The notes beneath the pieces were generated by a model. That model did not search any database. It worked only from the letters and a program-made list of their open reading frames with translations, and had not been told where the DNA came from. Of a stretch of 64,000 bases of DNA, positions 38,402 to 51,231 are shown in pieces. Source of the DNA: the human T2T-CHM13v2.0 reference genome, Homo sapiens. Location: NCBI RefSeq assembly GCF_009914755.1, contig NC_060936.1; one strand, written 5' to 3'. Within the stretch, counting starts at the first letter, position 1. Each line of letters opens with the position of its first letter. Both the position numbers and the translations under genes were made by a program.

Positions 38402-39019
38402 ACAGACACTGTGGTATTGTATTGTGCTTGTTTGCAAACCTTGTTATTGATTTAGGGGTCATTCTGTCATTTACAGAAGCACTTGCAGATCACCCAGCCC
38501 TTTTCCACCCAGGGTTTGAGAGTGTGTTTTTTCCTACCTTTAGATGCTACCAGAACTTACACTGGTGAAGATAATAGTTAAATTGCATATAGCTTTTTCA
38601 CACGAGTGGATCCAGATTTATAATAAATGAAACTATAGGCCCAGAATCAACAATTTCTGAATGAGTCAGTAAACCAGAATGAGGCAACATTGGGAGTTTT
38701 CACTGCCAGGCTGGGGAAAATTTGACAAGGAAATGCCAGAAATAATCATAGAAAAAAAAACTCGTTTAATTAGTGGGAGAAAGTAAAGAAAAAGGAACTA
38801 AGTATAGAATAAAGAACTCCAACATAGTAACAAAAAGAAGTATTAACTCAGCGAATGTGGCAGAACAGTATATTAAAAAATATATTAACAGATTCTCGTC
38901 CTCCAGTTTTCCTCTATTTTGTTTCTCTTCTTTGGACTTCTGCACACTTAAGGTGTTCTTTACTCTGTTGAAGGAAAATTGGTGGAATAAGCCTAGAATA
39001 CTGGAGTGCAGCAGATCTT

Positions 39020-39177
39020 GAAGGGTTACCTAAAAGAGCAGCATCAGAAGTACCTGGACACTTGTTAGAAATGCAGATGCTCCAGCCCCGATCCAGACCT
39101 AATGAATGGAGCCTAGCCATCTGTTTTAACAATGCCTCCATGTGATTCTGATCCAGCTGAAGTTTGAGAATCTCTGG
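39020..39177. mobile_element. MER5A-type hAT MITE
   Basis: agcagcatcag...cttgttagaaatgcagat...gtgattctgat...aagtttgagaa. Confidence 0.75.
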
Positions 39178-39595
39178 TGTAGTGGATACTGTGGTGAGCA
39201 ACCTTGACCCCCACTTCAGGACTGAGACACTTATTATCTCAGCCGGTAGGAGTGTAACCTACCCATGATTCCAGGAGTTGCCCATGACTGAAAGGAGCAG
39301 CCTTGTCCAAGGTCACATTCCTCTTTAGGGAAGCACTTATCCAGCAGCACTTAGCCAGTGATTTACTGGTGAGGGGGTTTATTAGGTTCAGCGTTGGCTT
39401 CAGTTTGGGGCATCTCTGAAGAGCCACACCTGCTTCATTGCTGTCTGTAAGATCAGCTGTGTCCTCTGTTGCAATTACATCCTTGTCGAACTTCCCCCTT
39501 TTCTCAATTCTGCTTCTCTCTTTTCCTTACAGGTGTTGTTCCTGAGAGCACTTCCTGCATCTCCACCTTAGTGTCTGTTTCCTGAGGAACTGGAG
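39178..39595 (+). mobile_element. ERVL LTR (LTR16-like), degenerate
   Basis: tgtagtggatactgtggtg...cccacttcaggactgag...gccttgtccaaggtcac...acaggtgttgttcctgagagcac. Confidence 0.55.
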
Positions 39596-40561
39596 GCCTC
39601 CTGGCTTTCCTTTTCTAAAAGCCCACACCCCCATGTGGGAGTGGGAAGGAGCCCACAAATTAGAACACAGCACATATTTGTGAGGAGCAACTCAGGAGAA
39701 AGGAGTTCCTGCTAAGCTGGTGGGAAGAAGAGAGACTAAGGGGAGGTGATGAGTGTATGGATACTGGTAGACCTGACTGAGAGGGACCCCACACCCACCT
39801 TACTGGGAAGAGCCTGGGAGCAGAGGCAGCAGGGTTACATCTGAGGAAATAAAACTTTTGTTTGCCTTGCAGATTCCCATGGCCTCAGGTGCATCACTGA
39901 TGAAAGAAACAAGAAGATTCCTGAGGGGACCAGACAGGTAGAACTAAAGGATGTTTCAGAGCTACCTTTGTATATTAAATATCAAGGACAAGATGGGATG
40001 ACTTACACCTTAGAGATACTCTTGTGGTCATGTGACATTGAAAATTGGCTAGATCTGGCAGTTAAATGAGTTTGATTAAAAAAAAAATTAGATAGAAATC
40101 TTTTTCCCCTCAATACATCAGCTGCCAAAGGCTGGGTGCTGTAAACACTCCCTTCTCATTGGACCTTATTTGTCACTTGGCAAAAGAAGAAAAGCTCTAG
40201 TTTTAGGGAGGCTATATTTTTTTCACGTGTCATGATGTGACACAAAAGATTAGTTACAATATAAAATTATAATTTTTTACACTTGATCATGAACTAAGAT
40301 TTCTACCCCATAGTACAACAAAAGCGGAGACTATTTTTTTGTTATGCCAAGTGTATTAAAAACACAACAACAAAAATCCCTTTCCAAAGACTCAGAGCAA
40401 AAGTGCTTATAACAGGCAGCCACAGAGGACTCCATTTTATTTGATCACAGTGGAGGTGTCTACAGTAGTTAAAAGGTTGCGAGCTAGAAGGACAGTTAAG
40501 GAAGAGTCTGCTCTTTATAGAATTTTAAGCATTTGTGAACAGAGACTACTTAGACAATGAC

Positions 40562-40826
40562 TTTTTTTAACTTTTATTTTAAGTTCAGGGTACATGTGCA
40601 GGTTTGTTACATAGGTAAACGTATGTCATCACCCAGGTATTAAGCCTAGTACCATTAGTTATTTTTCCTGATCCTCTCTCTCCTCCCACTCTCTACCCTC
40701 CAAAAGGCCCCAGTGTGTGTTGTTCCCTTCTAAGCATCCATGTTCTCATCATTTAGCTTCTACTTGTGAGTGAGAATATGCAGTATTTGGTTTTCCATTC
40801 CTGTGTTGGTTTGCTAAGGATAATGG
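40562..40826 (-). mobile_element. Short L1PA 3' end
   Basis: L1 3' UTR motifs; TSD caatgac on both sides. Confidence 0.85.
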
Positions 40827-41751
40827 CAATGACAGTTTTTGTACAGAGACCAGTTTGAGGTGGACTAAAGTGGATCATAAAAATAAAGGCCATGAAAGTG
40901 ATAAATGTCTCTAACCAGGGTTAGAAAAGATGTTGTCCTTTTATGGATTTCACTAATATTTTAGGAAAGTGTGATTAGTTGTCATTAGAGCATGTTCTGT
41001 TGCTTTAGGTATATGGTAATACTGAGAATAATAAGAATTTTATTTACTGTGTGCCTGCCATGTGCCAGGCACTGGTTCTAAGTCAAAAGCATGTATGTAT
41101 CAACTATTGTTAATGAAGGTTATCTGAATCAGGTGACCTCACCAGTCACGTGTAGTTATTACAACGGTGCTGAAAGTGAATAGACATTTTAAGTATCATC
41201 TTTACAGAATAGAGCCTGAACTTGTATGGCGAATTCCCAATTTAAAAAATCCTTTTGCTTTATTAAATGATTATAAAAATTATTTTGCATAGGAGAAAGA
41301 ACTTAGAACCAAAATTTGTGACTATTTGTTAGATTGATAAATGTTGTGAATGTAAATGCAACTCGTTATAAGCATGCTAAAAATGAAAGCTTACTATATA
41401 TTTACGAATTGTTTTTTATAATAACATTCTATATTTTTCCAAATTTCAAATACTTAAATGGCTTTTTTTAGGGTTTAAAAAGATAATGTTGAAAGAAATA
41501 TATATTCTAGTATTTGGGCATTATTTAAGGACTGACAATCTGTTTTGAGTATTAGCCCATTTTTCTGCTCGTTATATGGATACTGAACGTTCTATTAATC
41601 TCACTCGGAGAGTAGGATGAAAAGGCACAAAAATCCTTAAGATGGAATATTTTTACTTTTCTTTTGGTTAGTTTCCCCATGCTTCATTAACAAGGGTAAA
41701 TATGAATGAATGATAATGCATTATTATTTTAAATACTCTGTAAGTATTTGT

Positions 41752-42184
41752 TGTCATGCATGTCCGTGTGAAGAGACCACCAAACAGGCTTTGTGTGAGC
41801 AATAAAGCTTTTTAATCACCTGGGTACAGGCAGGTTGAGTCCAAAAAGAAAGTCAGTGAAGAGAGATGGGGTGGGGCCATTTTATAGGATTTGGGTGGGT
41901 AGTGGAAAATTACAGTCAAAGGGGGTTTTTCTCTTGCAGGCAGAGGCGGGGGTCACAAGCTGCTCAGTGGGGGAGGTTCTGAGCCAGGAGAAGGAATCTC
42001 ACAAGGTTAATTGCTCAGTTAAGGTGGGGCAGGAACAAATCACAATGGTGGGATGTCATCAGTTGAGGCAGGAACTGGCCATTTTCACTTCTTTTGTGAT
42101 TCTTCACTTGCTTCAGGCCATCTGGATGTATACATGCAGGTCACAGGGGATATGATGGCTTAGTTTGGGCTCAGAGGCCTGACA
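41752..42184 (-). repeat. HERV-H 3' LTR (LTR7 family)
   Basis: Minus strand begins tgtcaggcctctgagccc; about 92% identical to 44322-44759 by eye count. Confidence 0.95.
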
Positions 42185-42329
42185 TTCCTGTCTTCTTATA
42201 TCAATAAAAAAAACCCATAAAATAGTATTGAAGTGTTGGGGCAGTGAACATTTTTGGGGGTGGTATGGAGAGATAATGGGTGATGTTTTTCAGGGCTGCT
42301 TCAAGTGGGATTAGGGGTGGCATGGGAAC

Positions 42330-43683
42330 CTAGAGTGGGAGAGATTCAGCTGAAGGAAGATTTTGCTGTAAGGGGTGATATTGTGGGGTTGTTAGAAGGA
42401 GCATTTGTCGTATAGAATGATTGGTGATGGCCTGGATATGGTTTTGGATGAATTGAAAAACTAAATGGAAGACACAAGGTCCAAATAAGAGAAGGAGAAA
42501 AACAGGTATTAAAGGACTAAGAATTGGGAGGATCCATGGCATCCAATTAGAGAGTGCCCAAGGGGGTTCAGCATAATTACTTCCTTGGTTGATGAGTTTT
42601 TGGGCTCTATCCTTGAGTTTTTTTATGTTGTCTTACACCAGGCCAGATTGATTTAGGTAAAAACAACACTCTTCATTTAAAAATATACAGAGTCCTCCTT
42701 TTTCAGCAGTGAGTAAGTCAAGGCCTCGGTGGTTTTAGAGGCCAAATGCAGCAAGAGAGTCAACTTGGGCCTGAAGGACTGATAGAGTTTGTGATATGTC
42801 TGTGATGCTAGCAGAGAAGTCATTAGAGAGGCTACAAAAGGTCGTGACAGAGGATGAAATGCCTGCTATTCCAGTACTGAGAGCAATAGTGGAGGGAGAA
42901 AGTCCTAAACCGACAAGCAAGGGAATCAGTGGAATAACTCTCTTGTGTCATGTCAGTGTCATGAGGGGAACAGGAAGCTATTCAGTCCCATTTGCAAATT
43001 GAACTTTGGGAGTAAGGAAAACTAGTGTGCATGTGCCTGTCCAATTAGCAGGTAGCCACATGTAGGTAGAGGATCCACAGAGGAAGAAGAGACCTTGTGC
43101 AAGGCAAAACTGGAAATGCAAAGTAAAAAGATGAGAAGGAGTACTAAAAGATGTGTCTTGTGCCCAGACATCTAGGGATCCAGCTAGGGCAGCAGCCATC
43201 AGAGGTTGTAATGGGGACTGATGAGGTAACTGCGTAGAGGGGGAGGTTTGATTTTCATGGTGCATAAGAAAACATTGAGTGTTTATGAGCAACCTTTCAC
43301 TGTTATTTATGGAGCTGGGTACAAATAAACAACAAGAGGGCCTGGGAGGAGAGTCTGACGAGTAAGGGGAAGGTAGCCAATGATGGAGTGAAATACAGGG
43401 TAAGTGTCTTCCTAAGCAATAATAACTGCTAATGTTTTTAAGTTTGCCAGTATTGACAGAGGGCTTATCTGTAATACGGAGCTGGAAGCCTCCAATTGTT
43501 TCAGTGATGTGTGTAGTTGGGCTTTGGAGATGAAGAGTGAAGGAACATCGAGAAGGTGAAAGGTTACCCAGGGGGATTCTAGTGGGTCTTTGCCAAGAGA
43601 TACATAAAGGAGTGGCCACAGGAATAGTAGTTTGCATTGTGAGAGGTCCAAATATGGGGGGAGTTGAGATGATATAAGGAGAA
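42330..43683 (-). pseudogene. env: HERV-H env remnant (SU C-terminal part plus TM), disrupted
   Basis: ORF 42978-43637 ...GLFFLCGSSTYMWLPANWTGTCTLVFL; fusion-peptide region 42735-42920; immunosuppressive domain reads [17 protein letters not shown] at 42740-42687; TM anchor 42330-42542. Confidence 0.9.
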
Positions 43684-44301
43684 AGGTTTTAGGTCAGGTG
43701 TGAGTTGAAGAGGTTTTAAGTTCTTGAGAACACAGGCTAAGGGAGAAGAGGGAGGAATGGATGGTGGAAGGTTGTCCATAGTGAAGGAGGCAAGCCCAGA
43801 GAAAAGAGAGGGTAGAGACATGGAGAGAAGGGGTGAGGGGTGCTTGCCCCCCAGGTAAGTGGTACTTGCCACTGAGGTGAAGGATCAAGGCAGGCGCCCC
43901 CACGGTGATCAGACACCTCTGAAATGTGAGTGAATAATCAACCAGGTGTCTCCGCAGTGATTAAACACCAAGCGAAGACTGTCTTCCTGAGTCCATGACT
44001 GGTGCCGGAGTTTTGGGTTCACGGATAAAATGAGTCTCATCTGTCTCTAGTGAAAAGGAAAGAAACTGAAATTAAGAGAAGGGAGAGATTGAAGGGTGGT
44101 GCCAAGATTGAAAGGAGAAAGAGGTTGAGGGACAGTGAGAGAGGTTGGAGAAGAGAGTAAAAAGAGACCGCTTACCTGATTTAAAATTGGTGAGATGTTC
44201 CTTGGGCTGGTTGGTCTGAGGACCCAAGGTTGTAGGTGGATCTTTCTCATGGAGCAAAGAGCAGGAGGACAGGGGATTGATCTCCCAAGGGAGGTCCCCT
44301 G

Positions 44302-44319
44302 ATCTAAGTCACAGCACCA
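44302..44319 (-). other. HERV-H primer binding site (tRNA-His type)
   Basis: Minus strand tggtgctgtgacttagat vs canonical TGGTGCCGTGACTCGGAT, just downstream of the 5' LTR. Confidence 0.85.
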
Positions 44320-44321
44320 AA

Positions 44322-44759
44322 TATCATGTGCGTCCGTGTGAAGAGACCACCAAACAGGCTTTGTGTGATAAATAAAGCTTTTTAATCACCTGGGTGCAGG
44401 TGGGCTGAGTCCGCAAAGAGAGTCAGCAAAGGGAGATAGGGGTGGGGCTGTTTTATAGGATTTGGGTGCATAGTGGAAAATTACAGTCAAAAGGGGTTTT
44501 TCTCTTGCAGGCGGGTGGTGGGGGGGATCACAAGGCGCTCAGTGGGGAAGGTTCTGAGCCAGGAGAAGGAATCTCACAAGCTTAATCGCTCAGTTAAGGT
44601 GGGGCAGGAACAAATCACAATGGTGGGAAGTCATCAGTTAAGGCAGGAACTGGCCATTTTCACTTCTTTTGTGATTCTTCACTTGCTTCAGGCCATCTGG
44701 ATGTATACATGCAGGTCACAGGGGATATGATGGCTAAGCTTGGGCTCAGAGGCCTAACA
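44322..44759 (-). promoter_or_regulatory. HERV-H 5' LTR (LTR7 family; promoter facing leftwards)
   Basis: LTR7 sequence with TATAAAA on the minus strand (ttttatagg ~44451-44459). Confidence 0.9.
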
Positions 44760-45189
44760 CTTGTTATTTTAATTGATTTATTATTAATATTTTGCTCATT
44801 CCTTTGTTTTGGTGTCCATTTTTATAAACTACTTTAAATTAGGAATCCTAACTAAAATGGATTTTGAAAAAAGATATTTTCAATTAGTTGTTTCTCTTCT
44901 CTCATTTTTAGTAAGTCTTAGATTAAGTTAAACAAAATTGTTTATCATGACTTTTGGCTCTCTCTGATTGACTAGAGAGACTTGTGGCTTCTATTATTTT
45001 TTTTCAAACTTGAAATAAATGTCTATTGCCTACTAACTATATACTATATAATTTGGATTAATTACATTGAGCAGATACAAATACATTGTACAGAGGGACA
45101 TTGACAGCTCTGCCTTCCTGATCTGCAAAGGTGTTGTTTTGGTTATGTTGTTTTTCTAAGTTAACCCATTTGGGACAAAAGTGTCTTTA

Positions 45190-45560
45190 TTATTATGATC
45201 GGATCTCTTGATTGCCCACCAAAGCAACTCTCGTTTTCCCCAGTCTCCCTGGCAGTGAGGCATGGTCACATGACTTCAGTTCTCGTCAATGGAATGTGAA
45301 CAGAAATGGCGGGGGTGTTTCTGGGCTTTATTCCCTCCCTACAAACATGCTGTGATTCAGCCTCTACCAAGTACACAAGGACAGTGTCCCAGGGGATCCC
45401 TGAGACCCAAAATGAAAAGAACCTGGACCCCTGAATGACTGCATGAAGCAGAGCAGCCAGCTGGAACTTTCTGGAATGTGAGAGAGAAATGCCTTCCTTT
45501 ACAGTGTTTTCTTGCCACTGTATTGTTGGATCTCCTTGACACAGTTTTAACCTAATATAA
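45190..45560 (+). mobile_element. Old MLT1-type MaLR LTR (degenerate)
   Basis: ccccagtctccctggcagtgaggcatggtcacatgact...caatggaatgtgaacagaa...gaatgactgcatgaagcagagc. Confidence 0.6.
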
Positions 45561-47414
45561 TATATTTCCTTCATTCCATATCTGGAAATAATATTTTGAG
45601 ACTATTATGGTGACTTTTTGAACTTGATTTTCTTCTTGTTTCTGCAAAACACATTTTTGAAGTTATATTCTTGCTTTAAGAGCCACAGGTAGCCAGTTAA
45701 ACATATTTTGATAAAGTGAATGAATTACTCCATAAATATTCTCTACTGCCTTTTGTGGGCTTACTACTATGTTAAATACTAGGGGATGTAAAATGCCTAC
45801 ATGATATCATTTCTACTTACTTTGGTGGAAAATAAATGTTTTCTACTATGTTATAAGCTTGTCTTATGTATGTTTTAGGTAATCATTTTACTGAAAACAT
45901 TATTTGAGCTCACAATACACAAGTTACTATGTGAGAGGGTAAGAATAAAGACTAAAACACTGTCACTTCCCTCAAAGAACTCATAGTCAGAAGAAAAAAT
46001 AGTAGTATTTAAATATACTTTGCAATTTCCTTTTGATAAGTGTTGACTTATTTGAACTTCACTACAAGCTAGTAAAATAGATTCTATTTTACCTCTTTAT
46101 AGATGATGAAATGGAGATTTAGTGAGGATAATCAACTATACTTACTGATTGCCAATTACTAGGTCCTGTGCTTTGCCTTCTTGGGCCATTCTATATTGGA
46201 GGTGGGAGAAGCAAATAAAAAGCCCTAGATGTTCTGGTGGACCTGGGAGAGGCAAGGACATGCCGTGCCCCATTCCTGATGGAGCCTAAAGAAACAGCAA
46301 GACCTAGGAAACAGTTTTACAACATTTCCCGTGCTGCAGTGAAAGGCATGAATGGGAGAAGGATTCCCATGCAAGGAGCCTGGGACCACAGTGGGCCCAG
46401 TGTGACACATGGACAGTAGACTCCTTTCTGTGTGCTGGATGAAGGTGTCAAAGTGACACAGGGCTTTTGACATCTTCTTAATTTCTTTTGTGCCAGCACA
46501 GTGTGGGGAGCTTCATGGTGACTCCCCTGCACCTGAAGTAGCATAACAGAGAAAGCTCAACTCTGGGACCTGTTTCTGATAAGACTGAGGGCAAAGAAAT
46601 GGCAGCCTGGCAGCCTGCATGGGGTGACACCTGAAGACCAAAGACAAAGAGACCCATCAGATGCCCAGGTCACACTAAGATAAAGCGAGGAAGCCCCTGG
46701 GATTAAGTTTCTACTACCTGTTAGGACAGACATATTATTAGCAAGACCATTTCAATTGTTGTCCAGATTGGGACCCTTGAGGGTGAAAAGGGAAACTATT
46801 GATAATTATACCTGGATAGCATGTGTAAAGTGGAACTGTCATTGGCAAATTGGGATAATGGTCACATTATTCTTAGAAAGGGAATTATGATGAATTGTAG
46901 AAAAACCAAACAAGTTATATTTTTCAGACAGATGAAAATATGGGCTGAAATTCACATCTACCACAAAAGGCAATATTGGAGCAGAATCTATCTTTACAGA
47001 TCACCACAATGTATAAGGGAAAATGATTTTTTCCTTCTCTCCATAATTTGTCCTTTGAAAGTATAGGGGAGGGGGCTTCTATGCTGCCTTGTACTTTTCA
47101 CTAATTCCTCTATGTGCAAAGCTGAATGATTTATCTCTTGATGAGATGGCAAGGATCTGACAACATGAGTTAACTTTCCCTTCTGAGAGGGAATACAGAG
47201 TTCAATGTCTCTCTAACAACGTGGTCTGTCCTACTTCTCTGGGTGAAGGTGCTGAGTGCTTCTTCTTTCATTTTTCTGCCTCCATACAGATAATTACCTG
47301 GGTAGGCTTTGGACCTGTGGAAAGGACATATGCAGTTTGGGGTGGCTAGATTCAGTGTGGGAAAAATAGGAAGCTTAATTTTGGAAACAGATCTAACTAA
47401 TATTTCCTTTTTCA

Positions 47415-47838
47415 AAAACTAATTTTTAAATGAAAACATTATAATTGTACATATTTATGGGGGTATAATTTAATGTTTTTATACATGTGCATGTTGTATA
47501 ATGATCAAATCAGGGTATTTAGCACGTCCATCACCTCAAACATTTGTCACTTCTTTGTGGTGAGAACACCCAACAGCCTCTCTTCTAGCTGTTTTGTAAT
47601 ATACGATACCTTACTGTTAACCATAGTCACCCTATTGTGCAATAGAACAGCAGAACTTATTCCTCCCATCTAATTGTAACTGTACCTGTTGTCCAACTTC
47701 TCCACATTCTCCCCTCCTTCCTCCCCTCCTCAGTCTCTGGTAACTACTGTTCCACTCTCTGCTTCTAGGAGACAACTTTTTTTGTTTGTTTGTTTTAGAT
47801 TTCACATGTGAATGAGGGCATGTGACATTTGTCTTTCC
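47415..47838 (-). mobile_element. L1MA-type 3' end
   Basis: ataattgtacatatttatggggtata...aatgatcaaatcagggta...ctattgtgcaatagaac...tttagatttcacatgtgaatgag. Confidence 0.82.
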
Positions 47839-49098
47839 AAGCTACATTTTTTATTCCAGCTCTAGCAGTAGAAACGTAGGCATTTTGATTCCTATCTGGT
47901 AGGTATCTGTGTACATTTCTAAAATTGCTTCAAATGTATTGAGATTCTTGCCTGGTGCTTCTGGAAAAATAAAGCAAACTCATTAAGAGAAGGGATTTGT
48001 CTAGCCTTTTGGAGCCCTAACACAGAGCAATAGCATGTCCTGAATGATTAAGACTCGGACCCAAGTGCAAGATGTTCTACTGGAGACAGTTCTTATAATA
48101 TGGTTTGCTTATGGGATGCAAGTATCTTCCAGAACTTTGATTATTATGCTTAAGGCTTTGTTAAAATAGAATTTTAACTTTTGTAATGCCACCTTTTGGG
48201 AATTGACCCCACTGTTTGGCAAAGGATAAATGCTGTATATTTCTTAGGTTTTTCAGTTTATTTTCTGGTTGTGGATGTTAGGGGAGACTGTTTCTTCCCT
48301 TATTCCTGAAGTTTTCTCTCAGTTAAGGGAGCACAATATTAATGTGGCAATACTAGCTACTCTCCTTGCCTTTTATTCTCTGCCCAGAAGTAACTTATAT
48401 CAATTTGGAAGGATAAACTGAGTGTGCCCAGCTCAGCTGCTGCTTTTTTTTCTCTTGTAGTTAAGCTGTCTTCATGGAGTAGTTCTCTTCAGCTCCTCTA
48501 TGCTTAAGTCTTACCTGCTTTTGCTGAGCATTGCCTGTTATTAGTTAGGTCAATCTGCTTAACAATGGGCTCAATTAGCAAGCCAATTTGTCTTCTATAT
48601 TAAACTATGATCTCAGATATATAGTCTTTATCAATCAAAAGATGATATTTTTGATTTATTTCTGTATTCACATTGGACCATCTCAATGTTTCAACAGTGG
48701 AATGATAATTTTTGTGTTAGGAGAAACTAATTCGTGGATATATTTGGGTATTTGCATAAAAGGAAAATTATTTTTGTGGTATTTCTTAGCAACAGTTAAG
48801 CATCATCAGCCAGATAGCTATGCATCATTAAAGGGATCTTTATTACCCCTTGGAGGGACGATAGGACTGACAGGCTATTGCAAATGGAAAAAGGAATTAA
48901 AATGTAATTAGAAAGTTCAGAAAGGAGGTGTTCATGTTTTGATTAAGTTGTGTGTTTTGACTAGGTCTATCTAGTTTTCTGTTATGCCTTTCTTTTTCAT
49001 CACAGCTGCGCTTAGTGAAACTTCTAGCCTCAGTCCCCAGGGAGGAGCTTGGCTGCTCTGGGTGCTCCAATGGAAGAGCTTTGTTCTCACTCTCCTGT

Positions 49099-49468
49099 TG
49101 TATTAGTCTGTTTTCACACTGCTATAAAGAACTACTGGAGACTGAGTAATTTATAAAGGAAAGCGGTTTAATTGACTCACAGTTCGGCATGGCTGGGGAG
49201 GCCTCAGGAAACTTACAATCATAATGGAAGGTGAAGAGGAAGCATGCACCTTCTTCACAAGGTGGCAGGAAAGAGAGAGAGAGCAAGGGGGAACTGCCAA
49301 ACACTTTTAAACTATCAGCTTTCCTGAGAACTCACTCATTAGCATGAGAACAGCATGGGGGAAAACACCCCGATGATCCAATCACCTCCCACAAGGTCCC
49401 TTCCTCAACACATAGGGATTACAATTTGAGATGAGATTTGGGTGGGGACATAGAGCCAAACCATATCA
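49099..49468 (-). mobile_element. THE1D/MSTA-type MaLR solo LTR
   Basis: tgtattagtctgttttcacactgctataaagaa...ccaaaccatatca; TSD cctgt/cctat. Confidence 0.9.
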
Positions 49469-49509
49469 CCTATCTTGGTAGGCACTGATAATCTCACCCA
49501 ATGTTTCCT

Positions 49510-49720
49510 CCATAATAACAGCTACCATTTATTGAGGGTCTATTATGTTCCAAGACTTTAAGTAAATTATTTTATTTCATCTTCTTGACAATGCTACTAG
49601 GTAGATTTTTCTTATCGACATTTTTATTGATGAAAAAAATTGAGATCCAGAGAAGTTATCTGAATATAAGACAGAAGCAGGATTTGAAATGGTGTCTCTC
49701 AGACTCTGAGATTCATATTC
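49510..49720 (-). mobile_element. MIR SINE
   Basis: ataataacagctaccatttattgag...gatgaaaaaaattgagatccagagaagtt. Confidence 0.65.
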
Positions 49721-51231
49721 AGATGCTACCTAGGAGAAAATAACCAAATGAATATTCACTATCTGACTTTTGCAGTTGTGAGGTTATGTGGGGAAGCAAA
49801 AACTCTTTTGAGTGTTCACTAACGAACTGATAGCAGAAGGTGGAAAACTGGTGTCTGAAACTCCTTTTTTTTTAGGTGTATAGGCCTGGAGTAACATTTT
49901 TGTATCAATAGTACAAATTGTGCTGAGAGACTGCATCGCCATAAATGTGTCTTGGAGGAAGAAGGGCTTGATTTTCTTTTTGCTTAGTTCAAATCCTGTA
50001 TGTTAAACCCTGTAATATTCAAAACATTTATTATATAACATAGGAGCATAGAGTTGTAATTTTTTTTAGTATGATCACCTAAGGCAATGGTAGTCTGGTA
50101 TGGCAACATTGATTTCTAAAAATTTGAGCTGTCAAATCAAATTCTCAAAAGTATGGTCATTTTTAGCATTTATGATATGGAAAAAGATAAGACAGTATTC
50201 CTTGTCAACACAATTACATTTTGTTTCTGAGATGGAGTTCTGCAAACATGTTTGCTTGCTTGGATCTAAGAAAGTACATTTCACCCTTGAGACATTTTTA
50301 TTTGTTCTTGCCCATCTCATGATTGTTTTCTCTGTTGTTTTAAGGAGATCAATTTTGAAGCTTTGTGTAGAATGAAGTTTCCTACTTTATTGTACTATAT
50401 ACTTAAAGGAACGGAATGAGCCCAGTGTTCTGATCGGCATGTTGAAGTGGATTAAATGAATCGGCAAGAGGGAAGTCAGGCAAGGACAACCGGCATAAAT
50501 AAAACTGGCTTTTGGGCACCTGTTTTATTTTCCTAATAATTAACTATTTCTCTTTTCCTGAAACACAGATCTAAGTCAAGGGGGCACTAGCTCTTGCCAA
50601 TCAAGTCTCTTATTGTACTAGACAGAGCTGGAAAGAAAGCTTGTAAGACAGCTCCCATTTGTGACTTTATCAGAGGAATTGGCTTCTAATACCTAGCACA
50701 GACCCTGCAGAGAGGTGCTCATAAAATATGTTTTGAATAATGAATATCACTCATATAGGTTTATTGAGTGCTTACAAGATTCCCAGCCTGGGTTAAGCAT
50801 TTTGCAGCTTGTGTTTAAAATATAAATACCTTTCAGTCAAAATTTATTTTATGTGGTGCTACAGCAGATATATACCTTGCTTTAGAAAATAAATAAATTC
50901 CTAAAATTTAAGGAATGTATTAAGCATGTACTATAGACCAGACCCTTAGTCCTCCCTCCAGTCTGGAAAGTAGATGATAATATTCTAATTCTGCTATTAA
51001 GAAAATGGAGACAGATGAGCTAAATAACTTACCTAAGATGACAAGCTGGTAAGAATGCACCCTGAATCTCTGACAACAAGCTATTGCTTTTCCCACTATA
51101 CTCTGCTATATACAAAACTGTAGTTTTATATACCCAGCCATCTTGTGAATGAATGGGAGGACTCCAATGTAAAGGATTCCTGCAGTATAATAGTCTTTTT
51201 GGGGAATGCATTTAAAAATAATGCACATTAT

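Larger units (their letters stand above)
41752..44759 (-). mobile_element. HERV-H provirus, internally deleted (~3.0 kb), two LTR7-family LTRs
   Basis: 3' LTR 41752-42184 and 5' LTR 44322-44759; tRNA-His-type PBS; PPT aagaagacaggaa; TSD tttgt/cttgt. Confidence 0.95.

Noticed and set aside
42978-43637. 219-aa HERV-H env ORF as a co-opted syncytin-like gene
   Set aside because: No signal peptide or N-terminus, a stop before the furin site, and a stop in the immunosuppressive domain.
48588-50375. ORFs of 60-107 aa in non-repeat AT-rich DNA as host exons
   Set aside because: No recognisable protein similarity and no convincing paired splice sites; small real exons cannot be excluded without alignment.
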